From Mobula hypostoma (taxonomy: Eukaryota), in assembly GCF_963921235.1 (NCBI RefSeq), contig NC_086108.1, positions 60,452,001 to 60,512,000 of the forward strand: a stretch of 60,000 nt of DNA, written 5' to 3'. Under the pieces are notes generated by a model. It was not told the DNA's origin, did no database searches, and was given only the letters and a program-made list of their open reading frames with translations. The position numbers and the translations under genes were made by a program. Positions 37,227 to 51,239 of this stretch are shown one piece after another. The first letter of the stretch is position 1, and every line of letters begins with the position of its first letter.

Positions 37227-38832
37227 TATTAACAAGGCACTTGAGTTCATTTTGTAAAAACCTTGACAGCATCCCTTCAATAACAGACACAACTCTATTA
37301 GATTTTGTGATTTGCCAGTAAGATAGAAATACACTGTATTGCATTTTCCCCTAGTGTAGCACACATTTGCCCAGGCTATTTAGGTTGGCCTGACAACCTT
37401 TAGTGATGTGAGTACTATGCATCACATTGAAGTACATTCCTTACCCTAAGAAAGAAGGTAGTTCAAAAGTTCCCTTTAATATCAGAGAGTGTATACAATA
37501 TACAACCTGAAATTCTTGTTCTTTGCAGACATCCATGAAAACAGAAGGCAGGAGGATGAGTGACAGCAAAAATGTTAGAACCACAAAGCTCCCCCCAACT
37601 CACCCCTCCTATGCACAAGCAGCAGCAAAGCATCAACCCTCCCCCTCCCCACTTACTTCAGCAAAAAGCATCAACACTCTCCACCCACCAAGCAAGCAAC
37701 AGCAAAGCCCCAAAGAAAGACCATGATCTGCAGTACAACAGAAACTAATCATTCACCCGTCAATTTGACATGTCACATGTGCTCTCTCTCCCTAATAAAG
37801 TGGCAGTGAGGTGTCACACAGTGAGAGATGAGACTAAGAAGACTAAAATTCACTGATTTACGATGTTAAATTCTGCAATGTCACTGCTTTCTCTGAGTTC
37901 TCTGAGAATTGGCAACAAACTCTCTCCCACCAATGTGAGAAAGAGAGAGACAGCAATTCACCAAGTATCAGACCTCCGACAGCTGACCTTTTGTTCATAG
38001 TGCTCCGTTTTCTTCCACAGTGCTTCAGTTAGTGACACTGGCATAGAGTTGGCTTTTCCCCAGGCCGCAGAGCCTCAGCACCTTGAGGACGCGCCCGTCT
38101 TCTAGACCACATCCCTGAGATATCAATAAACAGCTGGTCGGTGAACCCCAGGAGCAGGAACCATTGCCGTAAAGAACCAAAGTTTAACTGCAGCTGTAGG
38201 TCAGAGACTTTGACAGAACCCCATCCACCTAGCAAGGCAAAATAGAGACATTAAAGGTAGAAATTAAGCTGTTTCCACAGATGAGCTTGAAGAAACCGTT
38301 CTCTAGCACCATCGTAGCTAGGTAGTGGACAGTATCAAACTAAAGCAGAGAAATCAAGTTGAAACAGTGAGTATTTCAGTACTGTAACTGGTTATTTTAA
38401 TCAGGACTAATACAATGCTGTGACCTGATTCAGATATTGTGGCGAGTATTTGGTCCATAATGACAGACGAGAAAGCTCGTTGAACTCAACAACTCACCTA
38501 CACCCTATAATCATCAGTTCAGAGAGATTGTTGTTTACTGGTCTCTCTGTCAAAAATGCTTTTGAACATCTAACAGCAATACTGATCTGATTGTAGGTGG
38601 TATGACAGAAATAAAGGGGTCCCCATCACCAACATTGTGCCCACTAAAAAAAGGATGATGTTTAAAATGGGCAGAGATTCCAAATCACTCCTTTTGCAAC
38701 TTACAACGGAATTGCTACAGGGGGTTGGTTAATTATATGATGGTGCATCATTTAAAACCACTTTGTAGCAGACCTTAACAGAAATTCTGAGACTGCTGGG
38801 ACAGTGTAAATTCAGCAAGGTACCCTACGGCT

Positions 38833-38894
38833 GAATGCTATTACATATATTGGTTCTGTAGAATGCTATTACATATATTGGTTCTGTAGAATGC
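38833..38894. repeat. Perfect 28-bp tandem duplication
   Basis: gaatgctattacatatattggttctgta twice, plus gaatgc. Confidence 0.95.
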
Positions 38895-38944
38895 ACTTTC
38901 TCCTTCATTGGATTTTCAAAGAAAATTTGAAAATGCTCCCATGA

Positions 38945-39157
<213 letters not shown>

Positions 39158-39424
39158 TAATAAAGCAAACTCTCTCAAGAGTTTCCTTCTGGCAATCAAT
39201 GATAATGAAGTTATTTATAATTTAGCAAACCAGAGAAAATAATATGGAAATGGGTAATAATTTATGTGTTTTTCACTTTGCAGTGGTTTGAGACTCTTAT
39301 GTGGTAATGTAAAATGGGTAACATGACTGAGAAGAATGTATCTTGGTTTCTGACACCCCATTTCGCAGCTTAGACTACCATATCAAGTTAAAGACTACTT
39401 GTGTGATTTTAAGGAGTATTAATA

Positions 39425-40617
39425 CGAGGGGTGATTGATAAGATTGTGGCCTAAGGTAGGAGGAGTCAGTTTTAGAAAATCTAGCACGTTTATTTTTCAA
39501 CATAGTCCCCTCCTACATTTACACACTTAGTCCAGTGGTCGTGGAGCATACGGATCCATTTTTTGTAGAAGTCGGTGTCTTGGACCTCCAGAAAGTAGTC
39601 CACAGCAGGGGTGATTGATAAGTTCGTGGCCTAAGGTAGAAGGAGATGAGTTATACAGCTCTCATTACATGCACGTGCAGTTCAACTCTCTGAGTGATAA
39701 TGCAGTAGAGCTACTGGACTTGATGCTTCAATCCCTCTGGTAAGTTGGCACTCTCGATGTTGGCAGTGGGTTTGGAGTGGTGACAAGGAGGGAGGGTAGG
39801 TACGTCATCGGGGTCATCACATGGGCAGCCTCCTTCTTTGATGTTTCATTGATAAGCTCATGACATCTCCAGAGGGCTCAACGGTGCTACCTGGCGTCCC
39901 AGATACACCCCCCTCAGTTCCATACCCTCTGTCTTCATCTTGCAGCCCAGTTGTTGTCTTTCCTTTTAATCAAAATCCAATTGCTGCTTTCTTCTGCTGC
40001 ATTTGACAAGGACTTGATTGCTTGTTGGAGGGAGTGACCCCTCACCCCCAACTTCTTCAATAGACTGGTCGGAGATGTAGCAACGAGTCCCCTACATCCC
40101 ACTTCTACAGGGAAAATCTTGGTCTTCCAGCCATTCTGGGCAGCTTCAGTTGCCAGTTCAGAGTACTTGGTCTTTTTCCTCTCATAAGCTTCTTCGACAC
40201 CATCTTCCCATGGTACTGTCAATTCCACAACATATGCCAGCTTGGCTGTTGTGGACCACAGGACCATGTCTGGCCAGAGTGTTGTAGCCACAATGTCTGG
40301 GGGAAACACAAGCCTTTTTTCCAAGTCCACGTCTATTTTCCAATCCCGAGCAACTGCAGAATGCTTACATCTTTTGATGTTAGAAAGTTAATAACACATC
40401 GTTCTACCTTAGGCCACGAACTTATCAATCACCCGTGCTGTGGACACTTTCTGGAGGTGCAAGACGCTGACTTCTACAAAGAAGGGCTCCGTATGCTCCA
40501 CGACTGCTGGACTAAGTGTGTAAATGTAGGAGGGGACTATGTTGAAAAATAAATGTGCTAGGTTTTCTAAAATTGACTCCTTCTACCTTAGGCCACAATC
40601 TTATCAATCACCCCTCG
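39425..40617. mobile_element. Mariner-derived MITE with about 225-bp inverted arms
   Basis: TA|CGAGGGGTGATTGATAAG ... CTTATCAATCACCCCTCG|TA. The arms include the transposase C-terminus FYKEGLRMLHDCWTKCVNVGGDYVEK. Confidence 0.9.
39706..40354 (-). mobile_element. 3' fragment of a restriction-like-endonuclease non-LTR retrotransposon (HERO/R2-group-like)
   Basis: TTLWPDMVLWS...VVELTVPWEDGVEEAYERKKTKY...PVEVGCRG, an RLE-type endonuclease signature; nested in the mariner MITE. Confidence 0.82.
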
Positions 40618-42969
40618 TATATTTCATAAACTTTTGATGAGCTAGTTTTTCACCATTACTGCAGTCTCTTCTCATATGTTATGCCACATGAAATACTGGG
40701 TTTCTGCCAATTATGTCATAAAACAGAATAATGCTCTAATAGTTATTTTTATGTCACACATACTGAAGAAATGGATGAGAATATATTTTCTCTTTTCTCT
40801 TTCACTAACAGAAAATTAAAACTAACAATTCTATGTTATACTATAAGATGGAAAGCAGTTACTTATGACATCTGGCGAACAGACAGACCTGTCAACTCTA
40901 ATCCTGTTTCTATGCCTCCAGTTTATATTTGCATTTAATGATTACAACTTCCGATCTCACTAATGCAAATTAAACAAGTGTAGATAATCACTTGTTACAA
41001 AACACAGTCAATCAACTCACAAAGTTATAAAAATAATTATGAACATAATTACCAACATCAGAAGTGTTGTGTGTGGCTAGAGCATACAACCTGTTTTTCG
41101 GTCCCTGCACATCTCCTCAATTACAACCAAATGTATTGTAATTACCCTAATATCTGTTTGCTTACATAAACAAATGGATGCTATTTACTGTTGATCATTC
41201 ACTTCCAAAAAAGACTCTGAGCTTCCCATCTTTCAAGCGTCATCCTAACAATTCTATCTGCCAGGTTAACCTTATTCCATATAATGCCAATTTACAAATA
41301 TATCACTGTCACTACACAGTGGCTGGATCTACATCATGGAAAGTCTTTGTCATAAACATGGTAGGGATGCCTTCACCAGCAGAACTGCGGTGAGTGAAAA
41401 AACAATTCCCCATCATCTTCTCAAAAGCAATTAGGGATGGGTCATTAATGCTGGCATTTTCTGTGAGACCTGATTTCCAAGAATTAATATTAATATTTTT
41501 TCCAGTGTTACACTGTTGCTTGTGGAATCATAATCCTGTCCTTTCACTGCCAACATTTTGTGTTATAATTTTCCTGATCCGAACCCAGCCTAAGAACCAG
41601 CCCCTGCCTCTGCCACAACTCAGCCACTTAGTTTCTGATCCTAAAAGTGCTTTCTTGTAAACATGACGTAACCTTAATTTTACACTTCTGATATTCATTC
41701 AACTGAAACTAATGAATCAAAAGTTTGGAGATAGTTATAACTATCCAATATGATCTATTCATGTACCCCAAATAAATCCTACAAATGCCATGCTGGTAGC
41801 AACAAAGAAAATCCAATGAAGAACATGAGCATCCTTGCTGGAATCCATCTTTGGTAACAGTTTAGGATAGCACATTAGCAGTCATTAGCTTCCTTTTCAG
41901 TTTCTTTCTTCATTGATGCCCTTGAATCCCACTGCGAGGACCTGAGTTTGTTGATCTGGATGGGATTTGGCAAGTATGTGTGCAGCATTGATCTCAATAT
42001 CCCTGGGCTTGCAAAAGTTGCAGATTTCTACTGTTCCCATTTCAAATTTCAAAGTCCAAAGAAAATTTATTGTTGGAGGACATACATGTCATCATATGCT
42101 ACCCTGACATTCATTATCTTGGGGCATACATAGTAAATAGAAAGGGACTGAAAGGTAGGCATTGGTAATCATAGTATAACAATGGTCGATTGTGTTGGGT
42201 CCCTGATGCTGTAGGTAATATGTTGATGAGAATTGGGCAGGGATTTCTTCAAAGGAGCCTGACTGAAGTCCCTGACAATGATTTGAAAGGTGGGTACACT
42301 GTTTCTTGTTTGTTAATCACAGTACTCAATACCTTGAGTGCTTGCTTAACATCGGCCTTTGGTAGTCAGGATCACAGAGGTGAACTCTCTTGGTAAGTAG
42401 AACAGATGCTATTTAATCATTAGATGTTCCGGGTCGAGGGAACAAGAATGCAACAAGACCAATATGTCCAAGCACTACCAAGAGTGCATTATGAAACACA
42501 AATCCCACACCCCTTGTCTTCCCCAAACATTCTGTAGACCGATCCATCCAGTAGATCAAGAAACCCTTGGACTGGACCTCAATATCCATCATGTCTTGAG
42601 TGAGCCATGTCTCCATGAAATACAGAGACACAATTCTGATTGTTCTCCTCCACTGGATACTATATGAGTTATTGTTCAATAAATAAAATGAGGATAACTA
42701 ACTCAGGCAACTATACCAGGAGTTTGTTAATCAAGCCCTTGTCATCTAAGGGGAGACAATAATTACCTGTTACAGATATGGGCATGAAAACCTATGCAAC
42801 AGTAACACCACTCATGTCTTGGGCATTTTGAGAGGCACTGTTCATAATTAGTTAAAAGAGCTTTCAGATGAGCATACGATTGTAAGCTGTGTACTTTGTT
42901 CGGAGATATAAGGCATTCAGTGAATCAGCAGCTTGGGGAAGATTTGATGAGCAATGTAAATATAGCAGG

Positions 42970-44815
42970 GGTCATTGGGTCTTGGGTCATTTGCGGTTGG
43001 GAAGTAATGCTTGAATTCTGTCGACAGCGAAGTTAGGTGATCGCACACCAGCTGTGAGAAGGACGGTGCAGCCCCAGTCTCTCCCAAAATCCCAGCTAAT
43101 GTTGGGAACATGTCAAATATGCCCCTGTCCACTCGCCGTCCCCACAGTTCCAGTTTGGCTTTGAAAACAGACACTTTATCTGCCAACTTGTCATTCTCCC
43201 CTGAAGTGACAAATTGAGTTCATTGAGCAGGTTGATGTCACACAGATAAGCGAGTTTTGCAATCCTCTCCTCGTCACTGAAGTGTGCTGCCAGTGGTGAC
43301 TTTTTTCCTGAAAAGAAATCTCTGCAGCTGCTCTCTTAACTCAAAAACCCTGGCCAGGGCTGTCCCCCTTGATAGCCACCTGACCAGTGTGTAAGAGAAG
43401 GTGTTTGTGCTCTGCATCCATTTCCTCGCAAAGCTGCTCAAACAGACGTGAGTTAGGGCTTTTGCTTTGATGTGATTGATGACTTCAACAACATCACTCA
43501 ATACGCTGTTAAGATCAGGTGACATTTTTTGGCTAGCCAGCATTTCCCTGTGTGTGACACAGTGTGTAGACTGGCATTCAGGAGCAACCCCTTTGACTTG
43601 GGTAGTGAAACCAGACAGCCGTCCAGTCATAGCTGCAGCCCAGTCTGTGCATATTCCAACACAGAATGACCAGTCCAGTTTGCCTGACATGTAGTCATTC
43701 AAAGACTTGAATAGTTCTGCCCCAGTTGTGTTAGTTGGCAGTGGCAGTACACACAACATATCCTCGTGTACATCGTCTTGAAATATATATCGCACATAAA
43801 CCAGCAGTATTGCCTTGTTGTCAACATCGGTAGACTCGTTGACCTGGATAGCATACCATGGTGACTCGTTAAGCCGTTCCAACAGCTGTGTTTTGATGTC
43901 CTCCGCTATGTCATTGATTCTCCTTGAAACTGTGGTAGCTGAGAGAGAAACTTGTGCCATCTTGTTAGCTGCAGCTTCTCCCAACAGTTCAAGGCACACG
44001 TCCTTGGCAGCAGGCAGAATCAATTCTTCACCAACAGTGAAAGGCTTCTTAGCCTTAGCAATACGGCTAGCCACTAAGTACGATGCTCTCAGAGCAGCAG
44101 CATTTGTGGAGGTAACACACGTAAAAGTTGCTGGTGAACGCAGCAGGCAGTCAGGACGAAGGGTCTCGACCCAAAACGTCGACTGTACCTCTTCCTAGAG
44201 ATGCTGCCTGGCCTGCTGCGTTCACCAGCAATTTTTATGTGTGTTGCTTGAAGTTCCAGCATCTGCAGATTTCCTCGTGTTTGCATTTGCGGAGGTGGTG
44301 ACTCTCAGCACTTGCTTCTGTCCCGCTTGCTCACGTTTTTTTCCGCTCAAAAGACTCATCGGGTTTGTCTTTAAGTGCAGGTGCTTGGACTCAAGGAGCC
44401 GAAGCAGTTTTGAGGGCTTCATTGCCTCATTAGACAGCTTGTCTCCACATATCACACACGGGGTGCTTGCGAGTCACCGGTCACATTAAAGCCATATTTT
44501 ATGTACAACTCGTCATATTTTCTGTTGAAGGAAGCTTTCTTTTATTTTTGCAGTCTTGGCCTCAGCTGTCTCTGCATTATCATCATCGATAGGCCTTTTA
44601 TGTCCCCTACCACCTCTTCCAAAGAAACTCTCAATAATGTTTGTTTTTTACTCATCGAGTAGTTGTAGGTTAATGACCAACTGATGACCTCGCATGTGTT
44701 CAAGTTCAACAGCGGGCGTGACAGGGAATGAGGAAAGGTGCAGCTGACTCATATCGTCAAATCATATCGTTTCCTCGCAGCCCGGTAGCACATGCTTTGC
44801 GGCCCGGTGGTTGGG
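42970..44815 (-). mobile_element. hAT Charlie/Buster-type transposon (ZBED5/SCAND3-like transposase), degraded
   Basis: CGDKLSNEAMKPSKLLR, RIAKAKKPFTVGEELILPAA, ESTDV, GICTD, THCVTHREML. Confidence 0.9.
44114..44282 (+). mobile_element. 169-bp Penelope-end insertion with a short inverted arm
   Basis: 44114-44148 is the reverse complement of 44211-44245 with 3 mismatches. TSD gcatttgYggaggt at 44100-44113 and 44283-44296. Interrupts the hAT transposase. Confidence 0.88.
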
Positions 44816-44839
44816 CCTATTTAATATAGGACTAATTAG

Positions 44840-46010
44840 TCATAGAGTCATTGAGATTACAGCATAAAAACAGGACCTTTGGCTTATCGTCCATGCCGAA
44901 TATTTAAATGGCCTATTCTTATCGACCTGTACTAGGATCATTACCCTCCATACCACCATCATCCATATACCTATGGAAACTTCTCTGAAATGTTGAAATC
45001 AAGCCCACCTGCACCACCTGCACTGGCAGCTTGTTCCACACTCTCATGACCCTCTGAATAAAGAAGTTTCTCCTCATATCACCCTTAAACTTTTCACCTT
45101 TCACCCTTAACTCATGACCTGTGGTTTTCACCTTTCACCCAACTTCCGTAGAAAAAGTCTGCTTGCATTTACCCTATCTATAACCCCCATAATTTTGTAT
45201 ACCTCCATCAAATCTCCCCTCATTTTTGTATGTTCTAATGAATTAAGTCCTAATCTGTTCAATCTTTCCATATAACTCGCATCCTCCAGACCCTGCAACA
45301 TTCTTGTAATATTTCTCTGTACTCTTTCAACCTTATCTACATCTTTCCTGTAGATTGGTGACTAAAACTGCAGACGGTACACCGAATTAGGCCCTATCAA
45401 CTTCATACAACTTCAATATAACCTCCTATATCCTGTACTCAATACTTTGATTTATGAAGGCCAATGTGCCAAAAGCTTTCTAGTAAATTGCATCAGTTTG
45501 GATGCACTACAGGACATAAAACTAAAGCAGATACTGTGACACCACTTTCAGTGAATTATGTGCCTGTATTCCCAGACCTCTTTGTTCTACCGCACTCCAC
45601 AGTGCCTTACTGTTCACTGCGTTAGACCTACCCTAGTTGGTCTTACCGAAATGTAAGACTTCACACTTCTCCACATTAAGTTCCATTTGCCATTTTTTCC
45701 AGCTGATACAGGTCCCACTACAAGCAATGACAGTTCTTCCTCTTCCTCGCTGTTCACTGCACTCCCAGTCTTGGTGTCATCCGCAAACTTGCTGGTTCAG
45801 TTAACCACATTATCATCCAGATTGCTGAAATAGATGACAAACAACAATGGACCCAGCACTGATCCTTGTGGTACTCTACCAGTCACAGGCCTCCAGTCCG
45901 AGAGGCAGCCATCTACTATCACTCTCTGGCTTCTCACACAAAGCCATTGTTTAATAAAATGCATTACCTCATCTTGAACGCCGAGAGACTGAATCTTCTT
46001 GACCAACCTG
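44840..46010 (-). mobile_element. Degraded CR1 LINE
   Basis: VPQGSVLGPLLFVIY, GEKFKGDMRRNFFIQRV. Confidence 0.85.
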
Positions 46011-46917
46011 ATTTTGCTGGGATCATTATTGTTATACCTTAATAAATCACTGATAATTTGCACTGAATCCAATATAATCTATATTCAATTTATCCACATT
46101 GTATTATATTTTATTTGAGGCAAACTTGGAATGTGAAAATTGGGTGGGGCAACAATATGTTAAATTAAGTGAAATTCTGTATAATGAGTATGGTGACCCT
46201 ATAATGTCCTGATCCTGTATTATGTCTGTATTGCGATGTGTGCTGTGTGTCAATAAGAAAACAGGTGAAAATGATTCTCATAATATATTCCAAATTAGAT
46301 AAATTAATCTTTATGATAGTTTAAACAGCATGTCACTTAATTAAATATGATAAGCTTAGAATTGCAATGTTTTGCTCTGTTGAGAGTGGACTTTCAGAAT
46401 CATATCTTAGAACTTTGCCATTTGAAACCACACTGACCTATTTTGACCGCGTGCATCCAAAATGTCAGTGTGGATCAGACCTTTAATCTGATATGCTTCA
46501 TCACAAACCTCTCATATAATACATTCTCATTGGATGTACATGTAATAAGTAAGCAAGAAATGAACAGTGAGAAAAGTTTATTAAAGATGGCAAATGTTTT
46601 AGATTCACTTTGAACATTAGCTATTTATACCTGGTGACAGAAAAAAGCTGCACAAAGAGATTCTTCAAGAATCGCATTGCAAATGCACAAAGTTCTTGCT
46701 GAAGCACAAAGTATGCTTTAGAATTTTGGGATGATACTTTTTTCTGATTATGCATTTTTTTTGAATTGCATGTGTGGTGACTCGAAAATATTTCATCCTC
46801 TATTGTGTGCGTGTGCATTTGTAAGCATGTGTGTGAGCTGTTGTATAAACAATGTGAATCAACAAGAAAGCAATGGAGCATAAGAAATGCACGCTTTTTG
46901 ATCTAACAGTAGAAATT

Positions 46918-47498
46918 CAGACATCCCACCCTGCAAAAACTCATTTCAGGGAGGTAGCACCATCAATTTGCGGGAGACTTCCGGAACTTCCAGAAGAGGT
47001 GGAATTTCTGCAATAGAGTAGCTCCTTAGCAGCTAGCCAGCTAATTTAAATGACGTTAGCTATGCTAATGAACGAATGACACCTGTTAATCTCACCTCAA
47101 CATGCCTTTTACAGTCTTAACCCACCATGGGCAATAGAAAAGTCACTGTTGCAAACAGCGCAGCGAGCAACACTGTCATTTTTGACCCCTGTTAGGCAGG
47201 GGTACACTTTAGTGTAGTCTGGGATGACGTATGTTTTATATTTTCCTTTTTTTTGGAACACTCTGCCATGGCGTGCTCGCACTCTCTCTCTCGTGGTTGC
47301 TCGCGCGCTGTCTCGCTTGCTTGCTCTCGCGCTCTTGCTTGCTTTCTCTCTCGCGTGCTCTCTCTTGCTTTATCTCGCTTGCTCACTCATTCTCAAAAAA
47401 AGTGATTTCCGTGATATTGTATATAATTTGCGGGCATCAGGGAGCCACTATTAGTATGCAGGAGACTCCTGGAACCTCTAGGAGAGGTGGGGTGTCTG
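46918..47498. mobile_element. Non-autonomous TIR DNA element with 6-bp TSD (superfamily unresolved)
   Basis: TIR cagacatcccacc / ggtggggtgtctg (12 of 13 match); gaaatt directly on both sides (46912-46917 and 47499-47504). Confidence 0.7.
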
Positions 47499-48129
47499 GA
47501 AATTTAATAAATAATTTAATAATAAATAAGGACTCTCTCGAGATTCTTTTTATACACTCTTGGAAGATTAACAACCAAGTAGACAGTTCTACGAAATGAT
47601 AAAGTTCGGGGTACTTTAGATTCCGCCTGCTCGTGAAGTGTGGAGGATCCAGAGCAGAAAAGGAAGGAAGCTGCTTTACTTACACTGGGTTGCAGATATG
47701 CGTTTGGAAAAAAGTTCAAAACTATGACAGCAAGTTTCTAATTTTGAACTTTCCCTGCTGCAACAAAATGTTTGCAGGTCAATAAAATAAAAATGATACA
47801 ACTTGCATATACAAAGTGCATAAGCACCACTCAAAGCACTGGATAATTGCCCATAGGCCTCTTGGAAATCTAGCTTCCTCTGCTACAACATCACAATAAA
47901 ACTGCTGCATAGAAAATAACCAATTCTTTAGCTACATTAGTCCATCCAAACTGATGCAACTTACTAGATGTTCTCCTCTCATCAATCAAACTACACCCAC
48001 TGTACATGCCAATATTAGAATAAAAAGAAGTGAACAACAGGAATTCTGCAGATGCTGGAAATTCAAGCAACACACATCAAAGTTGCTGGTGAACGCAGCA
48101 GGCCAGGCAGCATCTATAGGAAGAGGCGC

Positions 48130-48165
48130 AGTCGACGTTTCAGGCCGAGACCCTTCGTCAGGACT
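48130..48165 (-). ncRNA. Minimal type I hammerhead ribozyme motif (intact core)
   Basis: Exact reverse complement of 51204-51239. Confidence 0.85.
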
Positions 48166-51100
48166 AACTGAAGGAAGAGTGAGTAAGGGATTTGAAAGCT
48201 GGAGGGGGAGGGGGAGATGCAAAATGATAGGAGAAGACAGGAGGGGGAGGGATGGAGCCAAGAGCTGGACAGGTGATAGGCAGAAGGGGATACGAGAGGA
48301 TCATGGGACAGGAGGTCCGGGAAGAAAGACGGGGGGGGGGTGACCCAGAGGATGGGCAAGAGGTATATTCAGAGGGACAGAGGGAGAAAAAGGAGAGTGA
48401 GAGAAAGAATGTGTGCATAAAAAAGAGTAACAGATGGGGTACGAGGGGGAGGTGGGGCCTAGCGGAAGTTAGAGAAGTCAATGTTCATGCCATCAGGTTG
48501 GAGGCTACCCATACGGAATATAAGGTGTTGTTCCTCCAACCTGAGTGTGGCTTCATCTTTACAGTAGAGGAGGCCGTGGATAGACATGTCAGAATGGGAA
48601 TGGGATGTGGAATTAAAATGTGTGGCCACTGGGAGATCCTGCTTTCTCTGGCGGACAGAGCGTAGATGTTCAGCAAAGCGGTCTCCCAGTCTGCGTCGGG
48701 TCTCACCAATATATAAAAGGCCACATCGGGAGCACCGGACGCAGTATATCACCCCAGTCGACTCACAGGTGAAGTGATGCCTCACCTGGAAGGACTGTTT
48801 GGGGCCCTGAATGGTGGTAAGGGAGGAAGTGTAAGGGCATGTGTAGCACTTGTTCCGCTTACACGAATAAGTGCCAGGAGGGAGATCAGTGGGGAGGGAT
48901 GGGGGGGACGAATGGACAAGGGAGTTGTGTAGGGAGCGATCCCTGCGGAATGCAGAGAGAGGGGGGGAGGGGAAGATGTGCTTAGTGGTGGGATCCCGTT
49001 GGAGGTGGCGGAAGTTACGGAGAATAATATGTTGGACCCGGAGGCTGGTGGGGTGGTAGGTGAGGACCAGGGGAACCCTATTCCTAGTGGGGTGGTGGGA
49101 GGATGGAGTGAGAGCAGATGTACGTGAGATGGGGGAGATGCGTTTAAGAGCAGAGTTGATAGTGGAGGAAGGGAAGCCCCTTTCTTTAAAAAATGAAGAC
49201 ATCTCCCTCGTCCTAGAATGAAAAGCCTCATCCTGAGAGCAGATGTGGCGGAGGCGGAGTAATTGCGAGAAGGTGATGGCGTTTTTGCAAGAGACAGGGT
49301 GAGAAGAGGAATAGTCCAGATAGCTGTGAGAGTCAGTAGGTTTATAGTAGACATCAGTGGATAAGCTGTCTCCAGAGACAGAGACAGAAAGATCTAGAAA
49401 GGGGAGGGAGGTGTCGGAAATGGACCAGGTAAACTTGAGGGCAGGGTGAAAGTTGGAGGCAAAGTTAATAAAGTCAACGAGTTCTGCATGCGTGCAGGAA
49501 GCAGCACCAATGCAGTCGTCGATGTAGCGAAGGAAAAGTGGGGGACAGATACCAGAATAGTCCCTATATACTTCCATCCCCCATCAGGAAGATCTCAAAG
49601 CTCTACGCTTCTTTTTGGATTCCAGACCTAATCAGTTCCCCTCTACCACCACTCTGCTCCGTCTAGCGGAATTAGTCCTTACTCTTAATAATTTCTCCTT
49701 TTGCTCCTCCCATTTCCTCCAAACTAAAGGTGTAGCTATGGGCACCCGTATGGGTCCTAGCTATGCCTGCCTTTTTGTTGGGTTTGTGGAACAATTTATG
49801 TTCCGTGCCTATTCTGGTATCTGTCCCCCACTTTTCCTTCGCTACATCGACGACTGCATTGGCGCTGCTTCCTGCACGCATGCAAAACTCGTTGACTTTA
49901 TTAACTTTGCCTCCAACTTTCACCCTGCCCTCAAGTTTACCTGGTCCATTTCCGACACCTCCCTCCCCTTTCTAGATCTTTCTGTCTCTGTCTCTGGAGA
50001 CAGCTTATCCACTGATGTCTACTATAAGCCTACTGACTCTCACAGCTATCTGGACTATTCCTCTTCTCACCCTGTCTCTTGCAAAAACGCCATCCCCTTC
50101 TCGCAATTCCTCCGCCTCCGCCGCATCTGCTCTCAGGATGAGGCTTTTCATTCTAGGACGAGGGAGATGTCTTCATTTTTTAAAGAAAGGGGCTTCCCTT
50201 CCTCCACTATCAACTCTGCTCTTAAACGCATCTCCCCCATCTCACGTACATCTGCACTCACTCCATCCTCCCACCACCCCACTAGGAATAGGGTTCCCCT
50301 GGTCCTCACCTACCACCCCACCAGCCTCCGGGTCCAACATATTATTCTCCGTAACTTCCGCCACCTCCAACGGGATCCCACCACTAAGCACATCTTCCCC
50401 TCCCCCCATCTCTCTGCTTTCCGCAGGGATCGCTCCCTACACAACTCTCTTGTCCATTCGTCCCCCCCATCCCTCCCCACTGATCTCCCTCCTGGCACTT
50501 ATCCGTGTAAGCGGAACAAGTGCTACACATGCCCTTACACTTCCTCCCTTACCACCATTCAGGGCCCCAAACAGTCCTTCCAGGTGAGGCATCACTTCAC
50601 CTGTGAGTCGACTGGGGTGATATACTGCGTCCAGTGCTCCCGATGTGGCCTTTTATATATTGGTGAGACCTTACGCAGACTGGGAGACCGCTTTGCTGAA
50701 CATCTACGCTCTGTCCGCCAGAGAAAGCAGGATCTCCCAGTGGCCACACATTTTAATTCCACATCCCATTCCCATTCTGACATGTCTATCCACGGCCTCC
50801 TCTACTGTAAAGATGAAGCCACACTCAGGTTGGAGGAACAACACCTTATATTCCGTATGGGTAGCCTCCAACCTGATGGCATGAACATTGACTTCTCTAA
50901 CTTCTGCTAGGCCCCACCTCCCCCTCGTACCCCATCTGTTACTCTTTTTTATGCACACATTCTTTCTCTCACTCTCCTTTTTCTCCCTCTGTCCCTCTGA
51001 ATATACCTCTTGCCCATCCTCTGGGTCACCCCCCCCCCGTCTTTCTTCCCGGACCTCCTGTCCCATGATCCTCTCGTATCCCCTTCTGCCTATCACCTGT

Positions 51101-51203
51101 CCAGCTCTCGGCTCTATCCCTCCCCCTCCTGTCTTCTCCTATCATTTTGCATCTCCCCCTCCCCCTCCAGCTTTCAAATCCCTTACTCACTCTTCCTTCA
51201 GTT

Positions 51204-51239
51204 AGTCCTGACGAAGGGTCTCGGCCTGAAACGTCGACT
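51204..51239 (+). ncRNA. Minimal type I hammerhead ribozyme motif in the Penelope 3' end (intact core)
   Basis: AGTC CTGACGA AGG gtctcgg CCT GAAA CG TC GACT: helix I AGTC/GACT, CUGANGA core, helix II AGG/CCT, GAAA, palindromic ACGT in place of helix III, UC cleavage site. Confidence 0.85.

Noticed and set aside
43274..44074. Domesticated ZBED5/SCAND3-like gene
   Set aside because: Frameshifts, altered catalytic-region residues, an inserted Penelope fragment and a retained transposon end indicate a dead transposon.
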